DNA of 64,000 nt, from positions 95,747 through 159,746 of IMG/VR virus record IMGVR_UViG_3300044691_000566; one strand, 5' to 3'. The translations under genes were made by a program, and so were the position numbers. The first letter of the stretch is position 1. Each line of letters opens with the position of its first letter. Origin of the DNA: a virus. Of this stretch, positions 15,491 through 23,668 are shown piece by piece. The notes below the pieces were generated by a model that worked only from the letters and a program-made list of their open reading frames with translations, did no database searches and had not been told where the DNA came from.

Positions 15491-15916
15491 GTGGCGCGGT
15501 GGCTGTTCCCCTCTGACCGTCTGGTCTTCCGGTACGGCACGCCCGGAACTCCTCTGTACTCGCCTGCGGCCGAGAGGGTCGTCATCTGCACCGACTCGGC
15601 CGGAACGGCCCTCGCGGGCATCCAGGCGCCCGACGGGACCACGATCGACGCCACCTTGAGCATCGGCCAGGACTGCCTGATCCCCGAGTTCCTGGGCCCC
15701 GACGGCCTCACCACGCTGTACGCCAGGAACAGCGCCGGGATCGTCTCCAAGCTGTACGCACAGTCCGGCCAGTTCTTCGCGGGCTCCGCGATCAACCTGC
15801 CCAACGTCACCGCGCCCCCGGCCACCCCGACCGGCGGCGGTGTGCTCTTCGTCCAGGCGGGAGCACTGAAGTACAAGGGCAGCTCCGGCACGACCACCAC
15901 CATCGCTCCGGCCTAG
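15491..15916 (+). CDS. virion fibre-associated protein
   Basis: C-terminal PTGGGVLFVQAGALKYKGSSGTTTTIAPA, common in actinophage fibres. Confidence 0.7.
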   Translation: MARWLFPSDRLVFRYGTPGTPLYSPAAERVVICTDSAGTALAGIQAPDGTTIDATLSIGQDCLIPEFLGPDGLTTLYARNSAGIVSKLYAQSGQFFAGSAINLPNVTAPPATPTGGGVLFVQAGALKYKGSSGTTTTIAPA

Positions 15917-15924
15917 GAGACACC

Positions 15925-16632
15925 ATGCCCCTGGGGATCCCGCAGCCGAGCGGCATGGTGCCGCACAGCCGCAGCACCATGCAGCCGTACTACATTCGCG
16001 AGCCCCAGCGGTGGGCCGTCGACCAGGAGCGCCAGCGGCACCTCCAGGCGCTGTACTCGGTCGGCGAGTGGACCATCTTCTGTCTCATGTGGCACCTGGA
16101 GGACTTCCAGAACGGCCTCGTGACGCGGTGCTCGGTCTGCTACAACCGCTTCTCCCAGGCGTACAAGCAGGGCGAGCGCAACAAGTGCCCGGACTGTTTC
16201 GGGACGACTTTCGAGGGCGGCTTCAAGGCGATCATCGTGCGCCCGGCGATCTTCGGCGACACCGACGAGGCCACCAAGTACCAGGCGCGTGGCGTCGTGG
16301 ACTCCGACGACCTGGACATGGAGTCGACCCCCGACTTCCGTGTCCGGAGCGGGGACTACTGCTTCCGCTCCACGGGCCACAGGTTCTTCCTCCGGGTGCC
16401 GGAGCGCGTGACCCTGCGGACCGGCTTCGCCACCCCGTACCAGCGCTCCATGGCCGTCGGCTACAACCACGCGCGGGCCTCCCTTGAGGACCGCAGCGCG
16501 GTGGCCTACACCATCCCTCCCAACGAGGCCGACCTGATCCAGATCCTCAGCGTCGCGGTCACCGAGCCGGTGTCGTTCGGGGCTTTCGAAGTGATCAGAA
16601 GCCCCCTGATCCCCATCGACGACCTCGCGTAA
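15925..16632 (+). CDS. putative neck / head-closure protein with Zn ribbon
   Basis: RCSVC...KCPDCFGTTFEGG; position in the neck region. Confidence 0.55.
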   Translation: MPLGIPQPSGMVPHSRSTMQPYYIREPQRWAVDQERQRHLQALYSVGEWTIFCLMWHLEDFQNGLVTRCSVCYNRFSQAYKQGERNKCPDCFGTTFEGGFKAIIVRPAIFGDTDEATKYQARGVVDSDDLDMESTPDFRVRSGDYCFRSTGHRFFLRVPERVTLRTGFATPYQRSMAVGYNHARASLEDRSAVAYTIPPNEADLIQILSVAVTEPVSFGAFEVIRSPLIPIDDLA

Positions 16633-16642
16633 GGATTTTAAA

Positions 16643-17401
16643 ATGTCGCTGCTGTATGCCCGGGTACGCCGGGAGGCCATGGCCTGGCGCAATGAGAGTG
16701 GCGAGCACCACCCCGTGGTGCATCCCGTCAAGCACGTCGGGTTCGCCGGGCACGTGGGCCAGTCCCCCGAAGGCCGTGAGGAGTGGGGGATGGGGGACGA
16801 GGACGAAGACGAGGATGAGGGCGGCTTCGACGAAGACCTTCGCGACAGTGTGCGGCCCGAGCCGACGCCAGAGGAGGAGGAGCACAACGACCTCCACGGG
16901 GAGTACCCGGAAAGCTTCTACGACCGGCACGACGAGGCGTACGACCACGCCCTGGACCAGCGGCAGCGGAAGAACCATGAGGAGAACCGTCCTGACGATA
17001 CGGACGACGAGCTGATGGACTTCATCGGCAATCACGGCACCGACAAAGAGTTCTGGCACAAGCACGCCACCCACGGACCCGTGGACATCAAGCAGCCGGT
17101 CTACGCCACCCAGTCCCACGTCTCCCAGACCCACCTGGACAAGTACCGCCACGCCCCGAATGCCCCCACCCACCGGGACAAGGGCGACGACAGCTACCTG
17201 GGCGACGAGTCCCCGCTGATGGTCACCCACCGAGGCGCCCTGCACACCATCGAAGGCCATCACCGGGTCGCTGCCGCTCTCCAGCGCGGCGACAGCCACA
17301 TACCCGCCTGGCACTTCAATGCCGACGAGCACGGTGGCCTGCCGGACTCCGAGGGCCACATGCCGGACCACGAGGACTACGAGGAGCACTGGAGCGCATG
17401 A
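16643..17401 (+). CDS. acidic His-rich protein with a ParB/Srx-like C-terminal domain
   Basis: YATQSHV...IEGHHRVAAA motif. Confidence 0.7.
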   Translation: MSLLYARVRREAMAWRNESGEHHPVVHPVKHVGFAGHVGQSPEGREEWGMGDEDEDEDEGGFDEDLRDSVRPEPTPEEEEHNDLHGEYPESFYDRHDEAYDHALDQRQRKNHEENRPDDTDDELMDFIGNHGTDKEFWHKHATHGPVDIKQPVYATQSHVSQTHLDKYRHAPNAPTHRDKGDDSYLGDESPLMVTHRGALHTIEGHHRVAAALQRGDSHIPAWHFNADEHGGLPDSEGHMPDHEDYEEHWSA

Positions 17402-17877
17402 GCACCCTGTGGGCTCAGGCGGCCTGGGTCCAGGACGACGCCGAGGACGAGTCGACGCACCCCGAGGTGCGGCCGGTGGAGAAGGCCGGGTTCGCCGGGT
17501 GGGTGACCTCCCCCGGGATGGAGGAGGAGGGCGACCAGCCCCACCACCACAACGAGCCGCTCATGGACCACCTGCTCTCCCACGGCGGGGATGAACTGAG
17601 GGAGATGTCCCAGCACGGCCGGATCCCCCTCAACGAGCCCGTGTACGGCACCCAGAGCCACGTGACCGAGCGGGGCCTGGCCAAGCACGCCTTCCCCGCC
17701 AAGCACGTCCCCGCCGAGCAGAAGCCCCGCTTCATCCGGCACCAGGGGCGCCTGTACGTGGACGACGGCCACCACCGCGTGGGGGCGGCCCTCCTGCGCG
17801 GGGACCCTTCGATCGAGGGCTACTACTTCAACGCCGACAAGAAGGGCTTCCCGGAGCCCGAGAACAGGTGGTGGTGA
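17398..17877 (+). CDS. ParB/Srx-like domain protein, paralog of the previous gene
   Basis: YGTQSHV...VDDGHHRVGAA. Confidence 0.7.
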   Translation: MSTLWAQAAWVQDDAEDESTHPEVRPVEKAGFAGWVTSPGMEEEGDQPHHHNEPLMDHLLSHGGDELREMSQHGRIPLNEPVYGTQSHVTERGLAKHAFPAKHVPAEQKPRFIRHQGRLYVDDGHHRVGAALLRGDPSIEGYYFNADKKGFPEPENRWW

Positions 17878-17879
17878 GC

Positions 17880-18623
17880 ATGAGCTTGCTGTGGAGAACT
17901 GCCATGGTCCGTACCGCCTCCTGGGAGCCCCAGGACTCCGAGGAGCATATCCACCCCGGGGACATGGAGGGCGACAAGATCCGGTACGAGCTGAACGACA
18001 AGCACATCGAGGACCTCGCGTCCTCGATCAAGCAGCACGGCTACAGCCCCGAGAGGCACGGCCAGCTCGGGATCAACGTCACCGACAACGGCGAGAACCT
18101 CTACACGCACTCGCGCGGGACCGAGGCCCACCCGGACCACCCGAACGACCACCACGAGCACCTGTTGCACGCCCTGCGCGACGCCGGGCACGGCGAGGTG
18201 CCGGTACACATCCACGACCAGTCCTCGAACGAGTCCGGCACGGCCCCGACGTACTACCACGGCACCACGGAGGAGGATCTGGATCAGGTCTATCCCAACC
18301 ACGGCACCCGGGGCACCTTCGGTAACAACGGCGGCATTCATGAACCCGGCTACGCCTACGCCACCAGTCGGAAATGGGCCGAGCACTACGCCGACCGTGC
18401 AGCCGAAATGCGTGATGGCGTGCGCCCCCACGTCTACCAGGTCGAGCCCAAAGGGCCAGTGGAAGACGACCCTTCCCGCGACGTCCACGGCAACCTGCGA
18501 GGCAACTTCGCCGAGGACATGCGGTCCAAACACGGCTTCCAGGTTGTCGGCGAGGAGGACCTCGGCCATGACGACAACTACGAGGACGAGTGGGGCGAGC
18601 ACGACCACGAGCATGAGGACTGA
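17880..18623 (+). CDS. degenerate ParB-like domain fused to an Arr-like ADP-ribosyltransferase domain
   Basis: IEDLASSIKQHGY; YYHGT...AYATS...YA...VYQVEPKGPVEDDP. Confidence 0.6.
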   Translation: MSLLWRTAMVRTASWEPQDSEEHIHPGDMEGDKIRYELNDKHIEDLASSIKQHGYSPERHGQLGINVTDNGENLYTHSRGTEAHPDHPNDHHEHLLHALRDAGHGEVPVHIHDQSSNESGTAPTYYHGTTEEDLDQVYPNHGTRGTFGNNGGIHEPGYAYATSRKWAEHYADRAAEMRDGVRPHVYQVEPKGPVEDDPSRDVHGNLRGNFAEDMRSKHGFQVVGEEDLGHDDNYEDEWGEHDHEHED

Positions 18624-18628
18624 TCGCA

Positions 18629-19336
18629 TTGTTGCTCGAATCGGCCGAGATGAGGCTGTGCGAGACGCCGGACCGGATCATCATGGTGGTGGCCGGACTG
18701 ACCCCGGGCCGTGCCCGCTCATGCGCTCTGGCGGCCGTACGCGAGTGCCGCAGGAAGATGCCCAAGATGAGCGGCGCCTCAGCGGCCCGGCTCCAGCCCC
18801 TGTACGGCAAGGGCTACTTCGGGATCTGGTGGGCGGACAGCTACGTGTTCTTCCAGGACCACGGCATCCGGCCTTTCACCATGCGGTCCCTGGCGGGCAA
18901 GATCATCCCCATGTGGATCGACGACCCCACCGGCAAGGAGCGGTCCAAAAACCCCAAGGCCAAGGTCCGCACCACGATGTCCGGCAAGATCCAGGTGCTG
19001 ATCTTCCGCAAGGCGGCCAACATCGGCCAGCGGGTCACCAAGTACGGCCGGGACGCGGGAGGCAACCGTGTCGTCGTCTCCGACAAGCCCGCGTCCTATC
19101 CGGGTGCCCCGGGCCGGATCGGCGTGCGGGAGGCCGGGAGTCCCAACACCCGGGCGGGCAAAGCGGGCGGCCAGATCGCCAAGGGCAACGTCGGTGTGCG
19201 CTGGCGGCACCCGGGCACCGCACCCCGGCTGTTCCTCAACAACGCGCTGACGCTGGCGGCGCAGTGGAACGGCATCCTCCCCATCCGCGTATACCTGTGC
19301 GACCGCACCTGGCGGTTGCAGGTGAAGGTGAGCTGA
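18629..19336 (+). CDS. basic neck/tail-joining morphogenesis protein
   Basis: Position; WRHPG..PRLFL motif; the start may be 18650. Confidence 0.5.
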   Translation: MLLESAEMRLCETPDRIIMVVAGLTPGRARSCALAAVRECRRKMPKMSGASAARLQPLYGKGYFGIWWADSYVFFQDHGIRPFTMRSLAGKIIPMWIDDPTGKERSKNPKAKVRTTMSGKIQVLIFRKAANIGQRVTKYGRDAGGNRVVVSDKPASYPGAPGRIGVREAGSPNTRAGKAGGQIAKGNVGVRWRHPGTAPRLFLNNALTLAAQWNGILPIRVYLCDRTWRLQVKVS

Positions 19337-19340
19337 CCCC

Positions 19341-20003
19341 ATGTACGTCGCCCCACTGAAGACGCTGCTGAACGAGGCGCTCAACCTGACCTTCGACGGT
19401 CAGTACCCGGTGCCGGAGTTCCGGGGCATCCACATCGGCCTGGAGTACCCGGTCGACCAGCAGATGTACCCCTCGGTGTGGATCGACTTCGAGGACACCC
19501 AGCCGCTGCTGCGGGCAGGCATCGGGCACCTGGAGTACGTCAACCCCAGCGACGGCGTGACCCCGGTGGCTCCCTTCACCCGCTGGCGTTTCACGGGGTA
19601 TGTCTCCCTCACCGCCGTGGCCCTGACCTCCCTGGAGCGGGACCGGCTGTACGACGAGCTGGTCCGGGTGGTGGCCTTCAGCAATGAGGACGGCGTGGTC
19701 GGCCGCTTCAAGACCACCATCGCCAGCAACGACCTGATCGCCGCCACACTCAACACCGACAAGATCGAGGCCCGGGGCAACGCGGCGGCTCCCGGCACCC
19801 CCTGGGGCACCGACGAGATCATGTACGAGAAGTCCCTGAACCTGGAGCTGATCGGGGAGTTCGTGCCGGATCCGGCCACCGGGACCCTGGTCAGCCTCTC
19901 CCGGATCGTGATGATCCCGACCGAGGAACTGCCGGGCCACCTCACCTACGTCCCGGACAACGGCGTGGATCTCTCCTCCGGCCAGTTCTCCGAGTGGCAC
20001 TGA
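19341..20003 (+). CDS. tail terminator/completion protein
   Basis: Directly upstream of the sheath gene; EYP...YPSVW motif. Confidence 0.55.
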   Translation: MYVAPLKTLLNEALNLTFDGQYPVPEFRGIHIGLEYPVDQQMYPSVWIDFEDTQPLLRAGIGHLEYVNPSDGVTPVAPFTRWRFTGYVSLTAVALTSLERDRLYDELVRVVAFSNEDGVVGRFKTTIASNDLIAATLNTDKIEARGNAAAPGTPWGTDEIMYEKSLNLELIGEFVPDPATGTLVSLSRIVMIPTEELPGHLTYVPDNGVDLSSGQFSEWH

Positions 20004-20009
20004 CCCTCC

Positions 20010-20043
20010 TGTCCTTCGGGACCCCGCTCCCCGGAAGAGGTGG
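20010..20043 (+). promoter_or_regulatory. late-promoter motif TGTC-N20-GAAGAGGTGG
   Basis: Motif copy upstream of the sheath gene. Confidence 0.7.
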
Positions 20044-20082
20044 AAGCACGATCTGACCACCGTTCCGGAGGGGTGGAACACC

Positions 20083-21648
20083 TTGCCCGACTTCACCAGT
20101 TACGTCCCACCGGGCGTATACGTCCAGGACACCTCGCAGCCGGTGGTGACGCCCACCACCGTTGCCACCAACGTCGTGACGGTGATCGGCCCGGCGCAGG
20201 GGTACCAGACCCAGACGGACGCGGTCCAGGTCTACTGGAACTCGAACACTCTGCTGACCCAGCGCGGGGCCTTCGTGACGGCGGTGACCGGTCCTCCGGT
20301 CATCGGTGCCCCGGTGGTCAAGAACGCGGCCGGGCTCGTCATGACCTACGCCATCGACTACACCTTCATCGTCGACTCCTCGGGCGGTGGGGGCGCCGCC
20401 AACGCGGTGACCTACATCAAGCGCCTGGGTACCAGCGGGAGTCCGTCGGCGACCTCCCCCAACGGCCTGGTGGACGGCGCTGTCGTCTTCGTCACCTACA
20501 GCTACGCGGACGCGGACTACTTCACTCCGCAGTCGTTCACCGACCCGAGTCAGATCTCTGCCACCTACGGGGCGGCTCTGACCAGCACGGCGCCCGCCAA
20601 CCCGAACAGCTCCCAGGTCCTGTGCGCCCTGACCCTGGCCGCCCAGCTCGCCATGGCCAACGGGGCCAGCACGGTGCTCGCCCTGGCCACCAACCCGGCC
20701 GACGGCCCGATCCGGGACCAGTTCGTCGCGGCATATGCCAAGCTCCAGGCGAAATACCAGGCGTCCCTGCTCGTCCCGCTGTTCGTGGACGGCTCGCCGC
20801 AGGCCAGCGGGTCAGCAGACGCCCACAGCGCGGACGCGGTCCTCGCCCTCATCCAGGACGTCAACGCCCACTGCGTGAACGCGTCGGCCGACGGCTACGG
20901 CCGGATGGCCTTCGTCGGCGTGGAGACCAATTACGACGCCACCACGCGGCCGTTCAGCACGGTGGCCACCACCGTCTCCTCCAAGCGGACCGTGCTGGCC
21001 TACCCCAACCAGCTCAGCTTCTACAACTCGCTGCTGGCGCAGACCACCACGGTCTCCGGCTACTACCTGGCAGCGGCCATGGCCGGGCGTCTGGCCGGTG
21101 GCGATGTGGAGCGCGGCCTGACCAAGATCTCCGTCACCGGGTTCAACGGTCTGCCCGCCGTCCTGGCGCAGCAGCAGACCAAGGCGTTCAAGGACTCCCT
21201 GTCCAAGGCGGGCGTCTCTGTCCTGGAGCAGATCCAGTCCGGGGCCCTCCAGATCCGCCACGGCGTGACCACGGACATGTCGGGCCTGACCACCCGGGAG
21301 ATCTCCCTGGTGCGTGTGGGCGACGTCCTGTTCGAGCTGGTGCAGACCGGCATGGACTCTGCGGGACTGATCGGGCAGCCGATCGACGCGGACATGACGA
21401 CCAAGGTGAAGGGCGCCCTCACCGGGGTCCTGGAGACGGCCGTCAGCAACAACGTCATCGACTCGTACGGCAACGTCGTGGTGCGCCAGCAGCCACTGCC
21501 GAGCGGTGACCCCTCGATCATCGAGGCCCAGTTCGCCTACGCCCCGGCAATTCCCGCGAACTACATCACCGTCTCGTTCGCCATCGACCTGACGTCGGGC
21601 GCGTTCACCAACACCACCGACACGACGACCACCCCGACCTCCGGCTGA
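20083..21648 (+). CDS. tail sheath protein
   Basis: Y.PPGVYVQ N-terminus, IRHGVTTD, REISLVRV and YAPAIPANYITV sheath motifs. Confidence 0.9.
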   Translation: MPDFTSYVPPGVYVQDTSQPVVTPTTVATNVVTVIGPAQGYQTQTDAVQVYWNSNTLLTQRGAFVTAVTGPPVIGAPVVKNAAGLVMTYAIDYTFIVDSSGGGGAANAVTYIKRLGTSGSPSATSPNGLVDGAVVFVTYSYADADYFTPQSFTDPSQISATYGAALTSTAPANPNSSQVLCALTLAAQLAMANGASTVLALATNPADGPIRDQFVAAYAKLQAKYQASLLVPLFVDGSPQASGSADAHSADAVLALIQDVNAHCVNASADGYGRMAFVGVETNYDATTRPFSTVATTVSSKRTVLAYPNQLSFYNSLLAQTTTVSGYYLAAAMAGRLAGGDVERGLTKISVTGFNGLPAVLAQQQTKAFKDSLSKAGVSVLEQIQSGALQIRHGVTTDMSGLTTREISLVRVGDVLFELVQTGMDSAGLIGQPIDADMTTKVKGALTGVLETAVSNNVIDSYGNVVVRQQPLPSGDPSIIEAQFAYAPAIPANYITVSFAIDLTSGAFTNTTDTTTTPTSG

Positions 21649-21665
21649 TCTGAGGGGATTTTAAA

Positions 21666-22172
21666 ATGCCGCAAACCAAGGTGAGGGTCGTCGGCTCGGG
21701 CTACACGACCTTCTTCTACAAGGGGAAGGCCATCGCCTTCTGCGAGGGCGTGGAGGACTCCGGCCAGCGGGCCTTCTCCGACCTCGGCCAGCCCTACCAG
21801 TTCATCCAGCCCCTGGGCGCCACGCATCCGGTGGAGATAGCCACCTCGCGTGTCCTCCAGGGCGGCACGCTGATGCTCACCATCCGCGAGCTGTGGAACA
21901 CCCTCGTGTGGGAGCAGCTCTCCGGTCTGGCCGGGACCAAGAACATCGTCGACATCTTCGCGGTCCTGGCCAACGACCCGAACTACGTCACCTGCCAGTT
22001 GGTGATCAAGCCTCCGGGCACCCAGAACAACCCGGGCGCGTGGCGCGGCAAGAACTACCACAACTGCGTCGTCGTAGACATCAACGACGGCGACACCATC
22101 ACGGTGGGGTCACTCGCTGTAACCAAGGGGATCACTGTGGCCTATACCCATACGAGTGCGCTCAACAAGTAG
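21666..22172 (+). CDS. tail tube protein
   Basis: 168 aa directly after the sheath; GTLMLTIRELW. Confidence 0.8.
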   Translation: MPQTKVRVVGSGYTTFFYKGKAIAFCEGVEDSGQRAFSDLGQPYQFIQPLGATHPVEIATSRVLQGGTLMLTIRELWNTLVWEQLSGLAGTKNIVDIFAVLANDPNYVTCQLVIKPPGTQNNPGAWRGKNYHNCVVVDINDGDTITVGSLAVTKGITVAYTHTSALNK

Positions 22173-22635
22173 CGAAGCGGTCGGAGCTGAGTAGACCCCG
22201 GTTGCGCAGCTCCATGCAGGTGCGGCAGCGGCGGCTCCCGTCGGAACGGATCATGGTGTTGGAGGAGGTGAAGGCGTGGCCACGCAGACAGTGCGTCTTG
22301 CGCGCGTTGAGCGCGCACACGCCGTTGCCCCGTATGACGTTGACGGTCCCCGGCACGATCTCCATGTGGGCCGTGAAGTTGACGCAGTGCTTCATGGTGC
22401 AGCCCCAGGCCCGCACATGGTCGATCGTCATATGATCCGGGACGGCCTTGACGAAGTGGTGAAAGCCCCAGCGGTGGGCGGGCCAGATGCGGCCCTCCAC
22501 CCGGAACTGGCCGTACCCCCACCGATCGGTGCCCGCCGTCCACGGCCAGCACTCGGTGCTTCCGCGCCGGTCCACATGGGACCAGAAGCGGGCTTCGTCG
22601 TCTCCTTTGATGAAGGCGCGCGAGAGCTTGGTCAT
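22162..22635 (-). CDS. HNH homing endonuclease
   Basis: RFWSHVD...CWPWT...GYGQF...AHR...IDH..C...CVN..H...N; KTHCLRGH...RRCRTC. Confidence 0.9.
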   Translation of the reverse strand: MTKLSRAFIKGDDEARFWSHVDRRGSTECWPWTAGTDRWGYGQFRVEGRIWPAHRWGFHHFVKAVPDHMTIDHVRAWGCTMKHCVNFTAHMEIVPGTVNVIRGNGVCALNARKTHCLRGHAFTSSNTMIRSDGSRRCRTCMELRNRGLLSSDRFATC

Positions 22636-22670
22636 AGTCGGATGGTTACCACATATATGCGGAGCGTGAG

Positions 22671-23204
22671 ATGAATTCGGGACCCACGTCCTACGATCCG
22701 ACGACACTGGGGGCCCAGTCGGAGGACGAGCCGGGCACGCTCCGGGATGATCAGGGCAACGTTCTGCCGACGTTCGACCCCAAGCATGCAGAGTCCTTCA
22801 CCGGCTTGCTGTACCTGGGGGCCCTGTCGGACACCTTCGACTGGCTCGGGCACACCTTCAGCATCCGGACCCTGCGGGACGGCGAGAAGCTGGCCGTCGC
22901 CACGATCATCAAGCCGTACGTGGAGACGATGGGCGCCGACCGGGCCTACGCGGACGCCATGGTCGGCATGTGCGTCACAGGCGTGGACGGCGACGACCTC
23001 CCCGTCCCCATCGGCGAGACCAGGCGGGCCCACGAGTGGGGGTACCAGCGCTTCGAGTACGTCAAAGACAACTGGTTCTCGTACACCACCGACGTGGTCT
23101 TCAACCGGTATCTGATGCTCGAAGACCTGGCCCGTCAGGTTCTGGACGCCATGGGAAAAGCATCGGCCCCCGAGGACTCGAACCCTTCGTCGAACGGCAT
23201 CTGA
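22671..23204 (+). CDS. tail assembly chaperone (G-like)
   Basis: Between tube and tape measure genes; ends with slippery GGGAAAA. Confidence 0.8.
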   Translation: MNSGPTSYDPTTLGAQSEDEPGTLRDDQGNVLPTFDPKHAESFTGLLYLGALSDTFDWLGHTFSIRTLRDGEKLAVATIIKPYVETMGADRAYADAMVGMCVTGVDGDDLPVPIGETRRAHEWGYQRFEYVKDNWFSYTTDVVFNRYLMLEDLARQVLDAMGKASAPEDSNPSSNGI

Positions 23205-23668
23205 GACTCGCTCAGGCCCGGGGGCTCCTCAGCGGCGACAACTTGTCGGACGTCGCTCTGCTCGGGCTGGACTATCTCGCTTTCGCCGACGGCCTGGTGG
23301 CGGCCGACCTCCGGGCGCAGGCGGATGCGCGGCAAACGGCCCTCCTGAACACCATCGTGCGCGGGGCGCTGGTCGCCTCCGGCAACTACGAGGAGAAGGT
23401 CCTCTTCGAGGACTACTTCCCGGCGCCGGAGATCCCCGACGGCATCGCCACCACCAGCGATGCGGACGTGGATCTGGACTACAGCGGTGTCGACTTCGGG
23501 ACCCCGGACGAGAGCGAGATGGAGATCCTCCAGCGCATGCTGGCCGACACCATGGTGACCGTCTCCGGAGTGGACGGGGCGGACGAGTCGGAAGCTCCCG
23601 CATCAGGTCTTCCGGCGCCGCGTGAGATCGCCCTCGCGGACATCGAGCAGGACAGGGAGTGGGTGTGA
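23153..23668 (+). CDS. -1 frameshift extension of the tail assembly chaperone (GT-like)
   Basis: G GGA AAA at 23153-23159; the -1 frame is open to 23668 with coding-like codon usage. Confidence 0.75.
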   Translation, partial: GKSIGPRGLEPFVERHLRLAQARGLLSGDNLSDVALLGLDYLAFADGLVAADLRAQADARQTALLNTIVRGALVASGNYEEKVLFEDYFPAPEIPDGIATTSDADVDLDYSGVDFGTPDESEMEILQRMLADTMVTVSGVDGADESEAPASGLPAPREIALADIEQDREWV

